In this document: one piece after another, positions 1 to 10,483 of the stretch
Layout of the letters: each line of letters opens with the position of its first letter
How positions within the stretch are numbered: the first letter of the stretch is position 1
Made by a program: the position numbers and the translations under genes
IMG/VR virus record: IMGVR_UViG_3300019889_000007
Location: 24,763-88,762 of that record
Direction: 5' to 3' (one strand)
Origin: a virus
DNA length: 64,000 bases
The notes under the pieces: model-generated
What the model saw: the letters and a program-made list of their open reading frames with translations, nothing else
Databases searched by the model: none
What the model was told of the DNA's origin: nothing

Positions 1-279
1 GACAAACACCAGTGGATACTGTCTATCGGCGATGGAACGGTTTCTATCCATTGCGCGGCAACGGATTGCTGGGATATCCGTACGCGCGCCAAGACCAGTG
101 CCGATGATGTTTTCCTGCTGTCTGAGTTCTGGGATCGGATCTACGGTGAATTCCCCGTCGACGTGAAACCGGTGAGCGAACCGGCTGGCCCCGACGGCGA
201 CGAAATGTGGCTTGAAGTAATCGTTCGGCGCATACCTGACGGAGGACCGGATGGCGTCACGTCCAGGACCGGCCCCTGA
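1..279 (+). CDS. Hypothetical protein, 5'-truncated by window edge
   Basis: Frame 1 is open from base 1 (DKHQWILSIGDGTVSIHC...) to TGA at 277-279, overlapping the next start. Confidence 0.55.
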   Translation, partial: DKHQWILSIGDGTVSIHCAATDCWDIRTRAKTSADDVFLLSEFWDRIYGEFPVDVKPVSEPAGPDGDEMWLEVIVRRIPDGGPDGVTSRTGP

Positions 280-637
280 GAGATCGGCCGCCGACAAGCT
301 TGCGGCACAACGTGAAGCCGAACTGACCGAACAGAAACGGATCGTCGACGCGTTGACCAAGTGGGCGACACCGTGCCAAGACTGCGGTGGGGAAGTGATT
401 TCCTGGCCCGGTTTCCATGGATACCCGTTTGTAATGGAGTCGCCACCTAATATCAAAGGTCCCCTGATCGGCAGGACTGTCACCTCAGGGGGAGAAGTCT
501 TCATCGGACACCGGAAAGCGAGTAACCGGTCGACGATGGGTTTCTACCCACACATCTGCCATAGAACCACAAAGGACACAGATGACGTTCGCCGCACCGG
601 GCAAACTGACCTTGACGATACAGGTGGGCCGCATTGA
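251..637 (+). CDS. Hypothetical protein with CxxC...HxC putative Zn motif
   Basis: GGAGGA SD upstream; CQDC and PHIC motifs. Confidence 0.6.
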   Translation: MASRPGPAPERSAADKLAAQREAELTEQKRIVDALTKWATPCQDCGGEVISWPGFHGYPFVMESPPNIKGPLIGRTVTSGGEVFIGHRKASNRSTMGFYPHICHRTTKDTDDVRRTGQTDLDDTGGPH

Positions 638-998
638 CCCCCAGATCGACGATCTGATCAACGCGACCCTGGCCGCCGACATAGCCGTCTACGGCCATCC
701 CGACCTCACCGTCGAAGACGACACCGAAGATGTCTTGTTGACACTGTGGAAATGGCTGAGCCTTTTGATGAGCAAACTCAGCGATCAAATCGCGCTCCGC
801 CAGTCCGCCGCCGACCAAGCGGGAATGTCCGACACCCAACTGTCCGATCTGCAATACGCCATCGGCGCCTACGAAGCGACCGAAAAGATCCGCACCATCC
901 TCATCGGCACCCTGTTGTCGTTGGCTCCCGATAACGTGGACCAAAACCAATCCAAAACAGCTGAAAGCGAGTTACCAAAGTGGCCGGTGAAACCGTGA
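582..998 (+). CDS. Hypothetical protein
   Basis: AAAGGA SD; overlaps ssb start. Confidence 0.6.
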   Translation: MTFAAPGKLTLTIQVGRIDPQIDDLINATLAADIAVYGHPDLTVEDDTEDVLLTLWKWLSLLMSKLSDQIALRQSAADQAGMSDTQLSDLQYAIGAYEATEKIRTILIGTLLSLAPDNVDQNQSKTAESELPKWPVKP

Positions 999-1468
999 TC
1001 ACGGTAGTCGGGAACCTGACCGAAGATCCCGAACTGCGTTACACCCCATCAGGTGCGGCCGTCGCGAAGTTCAAAGTCGCCTCCACCCCCCGGACCTTCG
1101 ACAAGCAAACCGGTCAATGGGTGGATGGAGAGGCATTGTTCCTGCCGTGCAACGCATGGCGCCAACTCGCAGAGAATGTCGCCGAAAGCCTCAAGCGCGG
1201 CAGCCGAGTAGTCGTACAAGGAGCTCTGAAGCAACGCACGTATGAAACCCGTGAAGGCGAGAAGCGCACCGTTTTCGAACTGGAAGTCGAAGAAGTTGGC
1301 GCCTCGTTGAAGTTCGCCACCGCGACAGTCAGCAAGGTATCCCGTTCCAACACCGGCCACGGTGGTGGCCACGCTGCCCGACCAGCGGCAGCAGCCGCAG
1401 CCCCGGCCGACGACCCGTGGTCTACCACACCCACAGGAAAAGGCTTCACCGAAGAACCACCGTTCTAG
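980..1468 (+). CDS. ssb: Single-stranded DNA-binding protein
   Basis: [31 protein letters not shown] start and acidic EEPPF C-terminus of actinobacterial SSB. Confidence 0.97.
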   Translation: MAGETVITVVGNLTEDPELRYTPSGAAVAKFKVASTPRTFDKQTGQWVDGEALFLPCNAWRQLAENVAESLKRGSRVVVQGALKQRTYETREGEKRTVFELEVEEVGASLKFATATVSKVSRSNTGHGGGHAARPAAAAAAPADDPWSTTPTGKGFTEEPPF

Positions 1469-1507
1469 TCCACAGTTGTTGACACTCCCCCGAAAGTAAG
1501 AGAAGAC

Positions 1508-2557
1508 ATGGCTTCCAAGAAGAAGACACTTTCAATCAATCTGGTTGCCGAGCCCGGTCAAAAGCTTCCCAAAGAACTCAGGAACATCAAGATCTCCTGG
1601 CAGTTTCTCAACAATGAGTACGGCCGGAAGTTGTTGGAAAAGAACGAGGGCAACCGGAACATTTCCGAAGCGTCGGTACGTAAGTACAACTCTGACATGA
1701 AAGACGGTAAGTGGTGGACCAACGGCGACGCCCTCCGGATCGACAACACCGGGAACCTTATGGACGGCCAACAACGTGCCACCTCCGCTGCCCGGCTTGA
1801 GGACCCCGCCGTTGGTCACTGGACGTTGCAGGCCGCCGGGTTGGACCCCAAAGTAAGACCGACAATAGATGTCGGTCGACCGCGATCGTTCGCCGACGAG
1901 CTGAAGTTCGAAGGAGAAGAGAACACCACTGTCCTGGCGGCCGTCATCAAACGGGCTTACGCCTGGGAAGCCATCGGAGAACGATGGGACGTTTTCAGGG
2001 TCGCGCCGAGCCATCAAGCCATGATGGAGTATTTCAGGGGCGACGAAGAATACGGGCTGCCGGATAACCGTGAACTCCTGCGGTGGGCTGCCGGAGAAGC
2101 AGCGGCGGCACAAAGCCAGATCATAGGCAAAATGGCACAGTCCACATTCGGGTTCCTGCTGTATCTGACCACAATGTACGGCGACAAGGAGAAAGCCCGA
2201 CAGTTCTGGGTCGACGGGGTCCGCGAACTGGACGGCATACCCAAAAAACACCCGGCGCACCGCCTTCGTAAAAGGCTGGGAGAAATCACCGACAGCGATC
2301 TGACAGGTAGGAACCGGCGCCTAGACCAACCCGAGACCCTGGCCTACTGCATTCAAGCCTGGAATGAGTTCTGGACAGGGGAATGGGAGTCAGCCACCAC
2401 TATCAGCAGACCGCGCGGAGGATGGTCACGCGAGAACATGCCCATCCTGCTTCCCAAGGACAACCGTGGCTACCCGGACGGCCCGAACGCAAAGCCCAAA
2501 GATGGGTGGAGCCCCAACCGAGAATTCATCGTCGGTGACGAAGAAGGATGGGATTAA
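1508..2557 (+). CDS. Phage ParB/Srx-like N-terminal domain protein
   Basis: NRNISEASVRKYNSDMKDGKW...GNLMDGQQR resembles phage ParB-like DGQHR proteins. Confidence 0.7.
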   Translation: MASKKKTLSINLVAEPGQKLPKELRNIKISWQFLNNEYGRKLLEKNEGNRNISEASVRKYNSDMKDGKWWTNGDALRIDNTGNLMDGQQRATSAARLEDPAVGHWTLQAAGLDPKVRPTIDVGRPRSFADELKFEGEENTTVLAAVIKRAYAWEAIGERWDVFRVAPSHQAMMEYFRGDEEYGLPDNRELLRWAAGEAAAAQSQIIGKMAQSTFGFLLYLTTMYGDKEKARQFWVDGVRELDGIPKKHPAHRLRKRLGEITDSDLTGRNRRLDQPETLAYCIQAWNEFWTGEWESATTISRPRGGWSRENMPILLPKDNRGYPDGPNAKPKDGWSPNREFIVGDEEGWD

Positions 2558-2560
2558 CCA

Positions 2561-2881
2561 GTGAGGTTCTACAAAGTCATCGTCGACTACGGTGACGACG
2601 ACGAGACGATGGAAGGTTCCTTCTCCGACGTCAACGCGGCCCTGACCACTGCCGACGACAACATCGCCTGCGACGTTGACGAACTTCTCGACAACGAGAA
2701 GGACCCGTATATCTTCGCTCACCAGCATGCCCCTGACCGGCTCGACCGGCACGGGAAACTCCAGCTGGCATGCCCGGACGGCCGCATAATCACCGTCCTG
2801 GCCGAAGACATCGAAAAAAGCCCTACACAGACGGTTCAAACCGGTGCCGAACCGGCAGAAGAATGGCCGACCATGGGTTAG
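2561..2881 (+). CDS. Hypothetical acidic protein
   Basis: Starts 4 nt after the upstream stop; coding-like codon use. Confidence 0.6.
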   Translation: MRFYKVIVDYGDDDETMEGSFSDVNAALTTADDNIACDVDELLDNEKDPYIFAHQHAPDRLDRHGKLQLACPDGRIITVLAEDIEKSPTQTVQTGAEPAEEWPTMG

Positions 2882-2894
2882 ATAGTGACATTGG

Positions 2895-2932
2895 AAAAGC
2901 GCCGAGATTGAATATGGATCTCGGCGCTTTTT
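2895..2932. terminator. Intrinsic terminator, likely bidirectional
   Basis: AAAAGCGCCGAGAT-loop-ATCTCGGCGCTTTTT. Confidence 0.85.
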
Positions 2933-3001
2933 CGTACACTAAAATGTCGTACCTGCCCTGCATGCTCAGAGATAAGCTTCAATTTAGGAAGGATCGATCT
3001 G

Positions 3002-4042
3002 GTGACTATCGACACCGAGACAAAAGAATCTGAAGGCACACTGAGGTACATCATGCGGGGTTATGACGGACCCCGAGATATCCAGTCGCAAAGAGCACTG
3101 GCCACGATGTTGTCCGACTCCGATATGTTGGGCGACAGGTACCACAGGAAGCCCGCCAACATTGTTCGTATGATGTGGAAAGCCATGGCGATGGATATCC
3201 CATTGGATACCACGCTGGAACAGGTCGGTGAGTACAAGGGCAAAACCTGCGTCACCAACGCGTTGATGCTGGCGTTGATGCGTCGTGGCGGTTTGACGGT
3301 TGACGTTCAAAAACGTGATGAAACCGGGACGCTCCTTCTGATCACCCGGCCCGGTCACAAGCCTGAACAGGTCGGATACACGATGGAGGACGCCGAGAAG
3401 GCCGGGCTCGTGGATGACAAGAATGTACGTACCGGCGGGACCATCAAGTCTCAGTACAAGCTGCGTCCCAAGACGATGCTGTTCTGGCGGGCGGTGGCCG
3501 AGGCGTCACGAATGTGCGGGTCCGACATCACCAATGGTCTGAGCCTGTACACCAGGGAAGAGCTGGAGGCCATCCCCGACGAAGAGGTCATCGCACAGGC
3601 CGTCGACACACCCGGTGCGGCGCGATTGGACATCAACACCATCTTGGGTGAGGCTGTCACCGCGCAGAGCAAATTCGACAAGGCGATGTGGGAAGACGCC
3701 TGGCGTAAAGCAGCGGCGGCCGGGCTGATGGATCTGGCCGCTGACCTTAAAGACCCCGAGTCGTTGAAGGTCGGGGAAGAGCTGACGATCATCGGTAAGA
3801 ACATCGTGGAATCGTTGAAGGAACTGGAAGAATTCGGTTTCAACCACCTCCACACCGGTTCGGACAGTGAACTGTGGAATACCGCGATCACCGGTTGCAC
3901 CACGCTTCAGCAGATCGATCTGCTGAAGCTGTACTCCAAAGCCTGCGACATGGGCGACAGGTACAAGGCCGCGATCGGGAAGCAGCGTGAACAGCTCGCA
4001 TCCGCCGGGATGGTGCCGGAGGCCGATACGGTCGGGGCATGA
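3002..4042 (+). CDS. RecT/Red-beta-like ssDNA annealing protein
   Basis: KPANIV...YTMEDAEKAGL...PKTMLFWRAVAEASRM...GLSLYTREEL motif series; paired with an exonuclease. Confidence 0.8.
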   Translation: MTIDTETKESEGTLRYIMRGYDGPRDIQSQRALATMLSDSDMLGDRYHRKPANIVRMMWKAMAMDIPLDTTLEQVGEYKGKTCVTNALMLALMRRGGLTVDVQKRDETGTLLLITRPGHKPEQVGYTMEDAEKAGLVDDKNVRTGGTIKSQYKLRPKTMLFWRAVAEASRMCGSDITNGLSLYTREELEAIPDEEVIAQAVDTPGAARLDINTILGEAVTAQSKFDKAMWEDAWRKAAAAGLMDLAADLKDPESLKVGEELTIIGKNIVESLKELEEFGFNHLHTGSDSELWNTAITGCTTLQQIDLLKLYSKACDMGDRYKAAIGKQREQLASAGMVPEADTVGA

Positions 4043-5169
4043 ACTCAGTGCAGTCGGTCCACCACGCTTCGCAGGAGGCGTGGCGGGACCTCACCACCGC
4101 CCGGACGTTCGATCCGTTCGAGATCCATGTGACGTCTTTGGAGTCCTGCCTGCGGCAGTTGCATTTTCGCGCCACAGGCGAGGCGATCACCGATCCCGAT
4201 ACCTCAACGCCGTCGATGAAGATCGCCGCACACGAGGGCACCGCGATCGATGCCCTGTACGTCCCGTATTTCGCCGCCGCGTGGGCCAAAACCGACCCGA
4301 CATTGGAGGTCGTGCACCCGCACTTCAAGTTGCGGCACGCGCGCGACGGCGTGGCGATCATCGGGGAGTCCGATGTGGTGGCGTTCGGTCCGGACAACAC
4401 CGCGCAGGTGTGGGATCTGAAAACCTGCGAGTACAGCAAGTGGGACGCGTGCGCGGCCGGGGAAATCCCGGACGCGCACGCGTTGCAGGTCATCTGTTAC
4501 GCCCGGCTGATCGAACTTCAGACCGGGCGCCGGGTTACGGACATGCACCTGTACTACCTCGACCGGTCAGACCCCGAGGCGTACAAGGATTTCCGCAGGT
4601 CAGCCCGGTACTTCACGACCAGTCAGACATTCACTGATGCGGATCGTCAGATGGCCGATACACTGTTCGACCGAGTGTTTTCCGCTGCCAAGAGCACCGC
4701 CGAGGCTCCCCGATGGTTCGGGGACGAACGGGGGAAGATCAGCAGCCGGTTCTCGCCCTGCCACAAGTGCCTGTGGCAGACGCGATGCCTGGGAAAACCG
4801 GTTCACGGCCAGGACGCCACCCTGGCCGTCGACGTTGAGGCCGCCGGTCAACTGATCGGTGGCTGGGCCGAGGCACGCACCGACAAAGCGGAGGCGGTCG
4901 CCAAGCTCAAGGACTTCATCCGGGCCGAACTGGACAAAAACAAAAAGTCCAAAGTAGAAGGAAGGTTGAAGGAACTTGTCATAGCCTTGAACCTGGACCG
5001 CGATTTCTACGACGCCGGAAACGGCACCGTCTTGGAACTGTACGACAAACGCGGCGGCGAGATCAAAGACCAGGAAGCCATCGAAAAGATCCTCAGCGAT
5101 CTGGGAATCAAAATCCCCACCAAGCCCCGAGCGGACTCGCCAGCACTGCGCATCCGCAAGGACACATAA
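4039..5169 (+). CDS. PD-(D/E)XK Cas4/RecB-like exonuclease
   Basis: GESDVV...WDLKT, Q-x3-Y motif, N-terminal Cys plus CxxC-x5-C cluster; ATGA overlap with recT-like gene. Confidence 0.85.
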   Translation: MNSVQSVHHASQEAWRDLTTARTFDPFEIHVTSLESCLRQLHFRATGEAITDPDTSTPSMKIAAHEGTAIDALYVPYFAAAWAKTDPTLEVVHPHFKLRHARDGVAIIGESDVVAFGPDNTAQVWDLKTCEYSKWDACAAGEIPDAHALQVICYARLIELQTGRRVTDMHLYYLDRSDPEAYKDFRRSARYFTTSQTFTDADRQMADTLFDRVFSAAKSTAEAPRWFGDERGKISSRFSPCHKCLWQTRCLGKPVHGQDATLAVDVEAAGQLIGGWAEARTDKAEAVAKLKDFIRAELDKNKKSKVEGRLKELVIALNLDRDFYDAGNGTVLELYDKRGGEIKDQEAIEKILSDLGIKIPTKPRADSPALRIRKDT

Positions 5170-5176
5170 AAACACG

Positions 5177-5210
5177 CAGCCCACTGTCTGAATCGGACAG
5201 TGGGCTGTTT
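5177..5210 (+). terminator. Intrinsic terminator
   Basis: CAGCCCACTGTC / GACAGTGGGCTG stem followed by TTT. Confidence 0.75.
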
Positions 5211-5224
5211 CGTACCGATTCACT

Positions 5225-5782
5225 TTGATGGGAGTCTCGATGAATCAACCATATGGTATCAACCACGACGGTGACTTCTACCGATACGAGGCACAGGCCA
5301 ACTGGGAAGCCGACAACACCGGGACACCGGTGTGGCACATCCGGATCGTCGAGGTCAGCCAAGTCGAAGACGACGACGGCAACAGCACCTACTACGCCAA
5401 AGAAGTCACCGAGGTCGTCAGCGACCAGCAGCGCATCAACCGGGCCGTCGACATCACCAACTACCGTCCCGGTTTGGGCGCCGCCCTCAAAGACCGGAAC
5501 TGGGCACGCCTGTCGGGCCGCCCCTGGCTGTACGTCAGGCGGCGCCAGGCGCACGTAGCGCCCCTGGCGCCGCCGATGGTCCACCAGTGCGGGAACACCA
5601 CTGACGACGCCCTGATGGCCCGTATGGCGGCCCGCATCGACCGGTGCCCGGCCTTGAGCATCACCGACCTCCAGGAGGCCCGCAAAGCCGTCAAGCCCGC
5701 ACACCACCACGACCCCACCGTGCTGGCCGCCGCCATCACCGCCAAACACCTCCAGAACGCCACCATCCGCCAAGTAATCTGA
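5225..5782 (+). CDS. Hypothetical protein
   Basis: Long ORF with high GC3; start possibly 5240. Confidence 0.6.
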   Translation: MMGVSMNQPYGINHDGDFYRYEAQANWEADNTGTPVWHIRIVEVSQVEDDDGNSTYYAKEVTEVVSDQQRINRAVDITNYRPGLGAALKDRNWARLSGRPWLYVRRRQAHVAPLAPPMVHQCGNTTDDALMARMAARIDRCPALSITDLQEARKAVKPAHHHDPTVLAAAITAKHLQNATIRQVI

Positions 5783-5848
5783 CCGGTGTGGGGTGCGTCA
5801 GTTGTCCAGCGCACCCCACCCACCCCCCTTTTTCCGAAAGGCACCCCT

Positions 5849-6493
5849 ATGAGCGACATGGGCCAATCCAACTTCACATTCCGTGGAGATCATCTCCAGG
5901 CGCTGCGAGACTTCACCGCCACCCGGCCCGGCACCACGATGACCGACAACGCACGGGCGGCATTGGATCTGTTCATCGCGGTGCAGACGATCGACCCGGC
6001 CGCCGCTATCGGTGCCGCCACCGACGCCGAATACCCGTTGGCGATAAGCGGTGAGATCGACCCGGCCTGGCGGGAACGTCTGGCCGATCCGAGCTTCCAC
6101 GGCTTCATCATGGATGAATCCAGCATCGACGAACTGAAGTACAACCCGAACGCCCGATACATACTGTTCCAAGCGATCAGATCGTTCAAGTCCCCGGTAC
6201 GAATCGCCACCAGCGGCCCAAAAATGATTGCCGACCTCGGAATGACCAAAGCACAAGCCGTGATCACCTTGGCCCGGCATTCATTCCGACGCATCAGCCT
6301 GGCCGCCATCGACACCGACGCGCTGGCAGCGATCATGGAACTGTCCACCAAGGACCCGATGCTTCTGTTCTCCTGTGCGCACGCCGCCGTGGAGGCCCGG
6401 CGGCAGGACGGCTGGACGGTCTTGACCACCGCTGTTTATCTGGACACCTACACCCAATTGGGTGTACGGGCCATCGCCGTGCCGCATGCTTGA
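5849..6493 (+). CDS. Hypothetical protein
   Basis: GAAAGG SD before ATG AGC GAC; high GC3. Confidence 0.6.
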   Translation: MSDMGQSNFTFRGDHLQALRDFTATRPGTTMTDNARAALDLFIAVQTIDPAAAIGAATDAEYPLAISGEIDPAWRERLADPSFHGFIMDESSIDELKYNPNARYILFQAIRSFKSPVRIATSGPKMIADLGMTKAQAVITLARHSFRRISLAAIDTDALAAIMELSTKDPMLLFSCAHAAVEARRQDGWTVLTTAVYLDTYTQLGVRAIAVPHA

Positions 6494-6496
6494 GGC

Positions 6497-6907
6497 ATGA
6501 CGATCACCATTCCCGCACCGATCCGTGAAGTCACCGTCGAGTTTTTGATCAGCTGGCACTACGGCGTCCACATTCTGCCCGGCCAGACCGGGAAACCCTT
6601 GTCGACCCGGATGTCGTACACCGCATCGATCGCACCCCTTGACGGCGTCCGCATCGAATACCGGTGGATCACTCGCGGTGCCGACGCGGTGCTGTGGCTG
6701 GCCACCGACGACGGCCACCGGGTACAGATTCCGCTTGCCGGGCAGGGGCACGTGGTCGAACCCCAGTTCGACGACCTGTTCGACGCATGGATCGGCCTAC
6801 TTCGTAACTACCCCAAGGAGAACACCACATGCGAACCGTCCACACCAGACAACTTTGTGTCGGGGATGTCATCGACAGTCCGCTCTATAACCGCCGGGGT
6901 GAGCTGA
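6497..6907 (+). CDS. Hypothetical protein
   Basis: Starts 3 nt after the upstream stop. Confidence 0.55.
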   Translation: MTITIPAPIREVTVEFLISWHYGVHILPGQTGKPLSTRMSYTASIAPLDGVRIEYRWITRGADAVLWLATDDGHRVQIPLAGQGHVVEPQFDDLFDAWIGLLRNYPKENTTCEPSTPDNFVSGMSSTVRSITAGVS

Positions 6908-7047
6908 CCGGCCGCACTGAGGAAGTCATCATCGAATCGATCGCCGACTTCCACAACGGCATACAACCAGGCGTTCAGGTCGCCATCGGCGGCGGAGCGA
7001 TGCTCAACATCCCGCACGGCGACGTCACCGTCTACTCCCCGATCTGA
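6829..7047 (+). CDS. Small hypothetical protein
   Basis: AAGGAG SD; followed by a hairpin. Confidence 0.6.
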   Translation: MRTVHTRQLCVGDVIDSPLYNRRGELTGRTEEVIIESIADFHNGIQPGVQVAIGGGAMLNIPHGDVTVYSPI

Positions 7048-7062
7048 CCGACAAACAAATCA

Positions 7063-7090
7063 GCGGCCCGCTGCGCGAACAGCGGGCCGC
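7063..7090. terminator. GC-rich hairpin between convergent genes
   Basis: GCGGCCCGCTG / CAGCGGGCCGC perfect 11-bp stem. Confidence 0.7.
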
Positions 7091-7199
7091 CTCACTCTTG
7101 TCATTCAGATTTGGAGAACACACTCATCGTACAACCAGACACCATCGCTCCACCGGGAACTGACTCGTCCCGAGCAAGATGTTCTGGCACCGGAAGGTT

Positions 7200-8417
7200 T
7201 CAGGCCGCCACCAGGTGCGGCATTTGCGCACCGATCTTGCGACGCCGGGTCTCACACCGGTCCGACCGCACCTGGTCATACACCTCGATAGCGGCAGCCC
7301 ACTGCCGTTCGGCCTCGGCCTCTTCCCCGATGGCCAGTTGGGACTTACCCACCAGGTAGGAATCCATCGACCAGACTCGGGCATGGGTTTCCATGTTCCA
7401 CAGGTCCCGCGCGGTAAGGAAGTACTGCGCCGCATCAATGTGGGCACCCATCGCGGTCAGCGCGTGCGCCGTCTGTGTCAACAGGTTCGCCTTCTGCGGG
7501 CACCACGCCGAAACATACGACGGCGTCGAATCATCCGGGTCGGTGTTCAGGTGCGGCCCGGCCGCCGCGATCGCCTGGCGTGCCGACACCTTATCGCCGG
7601 TCTCGGCGTAACAGCGGGCGGCGGCGATCAGCATCAACGCCGCCACATGCCCGCCCATGCCCTTGGTGCGCCGCACCGCCTCTTCGGCGGCGGCCACACT
7701 GTTGCCCGGTTTCCCGATGTCCAGTCCGTGCAGAGCCTGCGCCCGCAACAGCCACGCATCGTGCCCCGGTCCTTGAGACTCCTCGGCCAGGGTCTGTGCC
7801 CGCCGGAACTGGAGTTGCGCCCGGCCGTCGTCGCCAGTGTCGTGTGCTTTCCAGCCACGCAGGAACGCCGCCTCGGCCGCCACGGTGAACATGTCGGTCC
7901 GTACCTGCGGGGTGTCGAAGTCCCCGGCACAGTATTCGGCCATGTCGCCGTATAGGAAACCGTCCAGGGCGCGGGTTCCCCGCGCCCCGCCGAACTGTTC
8001 GTCGTACTCCTGCAACGCTTCCAGGTGTTTTCGGGCCGCCACGACATCGTCGGCGGTGACTTTTACGCCCGATCCGGGGGAGATCGGTCGGTTCCCGGCG
8101 TCGGCCGGAAGTGCCAGATTGACGGCGGCGGCGCCGGTCATGAAGACCATTCCCCGCATCACATCTCGTCTGTCCATTTCGAAGCATCCTATCTGGAGTG
8201 CCATTTGAGGGGTGTGTACCGGCGTCATCCACAGCTGTGCCAGATATCGGCCGGTACCAAAGACTTTATCGAGATCTTCGGCCAGGACAAGAGACCCGAA
8301 TCGGATACCCGATTCGATCTGCGACAGGTTCGACGCCGTCGTATGCGCCAATTTCGCCAGGCCACGCAAGGTCAAACCACGCTGACCGCGCAACCGTTTC
8401 AATTCGATACCAAACAT
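7200..8417 (-). CDS. XRE-family HTH regulator with TPR-like C-terminal domain
   Basis: FGIELKRLRGQRGLTLRGLAKLAHTTASNLSQIESG HTH; MDRRDVM linker; Ala-rich helical repeats; GGAG SD before ATG 8417. Confidence 0.88.
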   Translation of the reverse strand: MFGIELKRLRGQRGLTLRGLAKLAHTTASNLSQIESGIRFGSLVLAEDLDKVFGTGRYLAQLWMTPVHTPQMALQIGCFEMDRRDVMRGMVFMTGAAAVNLALPADAGNRPISPGSGVKVTADDVVAARKHLEALQEYDEQFGGARGTRALDGFLYGDMAEYCAGDFDTPQVRTDMFTVAAEAAFLRGWKAHDTGDDGRAQLQFRRAQTLAEESQGPGHDAWLLRAQALHGLDIGKPGNSVAAAEEAVRRTKGMGGHVAALMLIAAARCYAETGDKVSARQAIAAAGPHLNTDPDDSTPSYVSAWCPQKANLLTQTAHALTAMGAHIDAAQYFLTARDLWNMETHARVWSMDSYLVGKSQLAIGEEAEAERQWAAAIEVYDQVRSDRCETRRRKIGAQMPHLVAA

Positions 8418-8429
8418 CGCCGCTCCAGG

Positions 8430-8460
8430 GAGTGAACAAGAGTGAACAAGACAACTCTTG
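8430..8460. promoter_or_regulatory. Putative operator between divergent genes
   Basis: Tandem GAGTGAACAA x2 and inverted CAAGAG / CTCTTG. Confidence 0.5.
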
Positions 8461-8524
8461 TGAGCACGGGGTATGTAGGCAAGGCTATCTGGTGACGGCG
8501 AAAACCGCTGATGAGGTGACTGCA

Positions 8525-8737
8525 ATGAGCACAATGGCGATTGAAGACACTGGATTCGACCTGGACGTTATCTCCGCGAAATTCCAGGAAAGATGGCACA
8601 TGCACGTCAACGACTGTCCCGACTGTGCCACCGCCTGGAGCCAGCACAAACGGGTGTGCCCCGAAGCCCAACAGATGTCATACCTCGGCCAGGCAATGCA
8701 GTATGCCCAAAAAGCCCTCGCCGGGCCACAAACCTAA
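8525..8737 (+). CDS. Small His/Cys protein divergent from the XRE regulator
   Basis: GAGGTG SD; H-x3-CxxC-x9-C motif. Confidence 0.6.
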   Translation: MSTMAIEDTGFDLDVISAKFQERWHMHVNDCPDCATAWSQHKRVCPEAQQMSYLGQAMQYAQKALAGPQT

Positions 8738-8804
8738 CTATCCCCACCCAGTTGGGGCCGTGAACGTGTCGGGTGAAGACGCACGTTCACGGCCCCACCC
8801 CCGT

Positions 8805-9212
8805 TTACCAGTCGGTACTGGTTTTCCTACGCCGCAACGACATCACCGTCAACAGCGCCACACCCACCACCAACAGCACCACCGCGCTGATGATCATGCT
8901 GGTCGCCGAGAACCCCGTAATCGGCAGACTCGGCACCGGGTCACTCTGCTGCACCGTGGCGGTATCACCGGCCGAAGCACTCACAGAAGCGCTGGCGCTT
9001 CCGGATTGGTCCGGCGACGGGGTGGCGACGTCATCGCTGGGGGAGATGGTCACCGAGGCGTCATCGGACGGTGAGGCCGTCGCCGAGTCGGACGGGAACG
9101 GGCAGGTATCGGGGTTGGTCAACGGATGCGGTGTCGGTTTGCATTCGGTCACCGGTTCGTCGTCAAACGTCGGGTCCTGCAACCACTGCGGGAAGTAATC
9201 AATCACTCGCAT
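8805..9212 (-). CDS. Ser/Pro-rich protein with LPXTG-type sorting signal
   Basis: LPITG followed by a hydrophobic helix and RRRK tail. Confidence 0.7.
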   Translation of the reverse strand: MRVIDYFPQWLQDPTFDDEPVTECKPTPHPLTNPDTCPFPSDSATASPSDDASVTISPSDDVATPSPDQSGSASASVSASAGDTATVQQSDPVPSLPITGFSATSMIISAVVLLVVGVALLTVMSLRRRKTSTDW

Positions 9213-9561
9213 ACAGTAATCGTTGGTGGGTCCACGGCAACGTCAGTCCATCTGCCAACCGGCGCGGAACGATATGAACGTGCAGGTGAGAAATCGTCTG
9301 CGTCGCCGCTGCCCCCACGCTGGTGATCAGGTTGCACGGTGGCCGCGCCAACCGGGCTGCCGCCGCCGCTACCATCGCCGTCACATCCGGATCGGCCAGC
9401 GCATCGGGCACATGCACCACCGGCGCCACCAGTAGGTGTCCGTCGCACACCGGTTCCAGCGGGATGAACGCCACCCAGCCGTTCCCGCGACGCATACCGT
9501 CGGGGTTGGCCCGGCCCGCGACGATGTCGCAGAAAGCGCACGGCGTCGACGGAGAACCCAC
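9199..9561 (-). CDS. HIT-family nucleotide hydrolase
   Basis: CAFCDIV N-terminus, GHLLVAP, QTISHLHVHIVPR histidine triad. Confidence 0.92.
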   Translation of the reverse strand: MGSPSTPCAFCDIVAGRANPDGMRRGNGWVAFIPLEPVCDGHLLVAPVVHVPDALADPDVTAMVAAAAARLARPPCNLITSVGAAATQTISHLHVHIVPRRLADGLTLPWTHQRLLYASD

Positions 9562-9758
9562 GCCACATTCTAAGCCCCAAATGTCCATATTTGTACGGTA
9601 TGGTCGGTTTCGGCGGCGGGTGACGGCGAACCATTCGGGGGAGAGGGGCGCCCACCCGCGTCAAGCGGTCCCCGCCGCCAACTCACCGAACTGATCCGCA
9701 CCCGGTCCAGGCGTGTCAAGATGATGGCCTCTTCACCCATCCCACGCTAGGTAACCGC

Positions 9759-10043
9759 ATGCATCATCCCGTCATACACGTCCGCTTGATCCGTGCCTCC
9801 ACGCTGACCTCGGGCACCACGATCATGTGGTACGGCCCCTACCAGCAGATCCACTGGGGACAATACTTGGGCACCGAGCCCGTCGACGAAGAATCCTGGC
9901 CCCGGATGCTCACCATCAAGATCGCCCCCGGATGCGCCGCATGGCCCAAGAAGGTCCAAATCCTTCTCGGGGCAACGGTGACTCAGGTCGTCAATCCCGA
10001 CACTCTTCCTCCGGTGTCCACGGTTCAGGTGAGTCGGTGCTGA
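9759..10043 (+). CDS. Hypothetical protein
   Basis: ORF with coding-like composition. Confidence 0.45.
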   Translation: MHHPVIHVRLIRASTLTSGTTIMWYGPYQQIHWGQYLGTEPVDEESWPRMLTIKIAPGCAAWPKKVQILLGATVTQVVNPDTLPPVSTVQVSRC

Positions 10044-10483
10044 TCAGCCTGGCCACCAGGCGTCTATTGTCGTCGGCGCCGATGGCCACGTCCCAGCGTT
10101 CGCACGGCAGGAAGCATCGGCACGCCAGCAGACATCCGCTGGGCTGTTGCGCCACGGCGAGGATGTACGTGGCCACACCGCACATCGGGCAGGTGACCAC
10201 CGGCCGAGAAGAGGTAGAAGAAGACACCCTCACAGCGTAATATCGCAGGCGATCATGTCTGTCCCGTTTATCGGGGTGAGGCGGTCCGTTCCAGGCGACG
10301 GGCCGCCGTTTTCGTGCCGCGACACCATCCGACAAATCACCGTAAAAGCCACATACCTCACATATCGTTCGGTGGGGCGTCGGCCGAGAGTGTTCTGTAG
10401 TGGTTCCTCATCTCCCTTCCGAGGCGGTTCGACGCCCCACCAATAAACCACCCAAATACGGACATTCCACATAAACTAGACAT

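Noticed and set aside
4039-5169. Cas4 as part of a CRISPR system
   Set aside because: It is coupled to a RecT-like gene, which fits the usual phage recombination exonuclease
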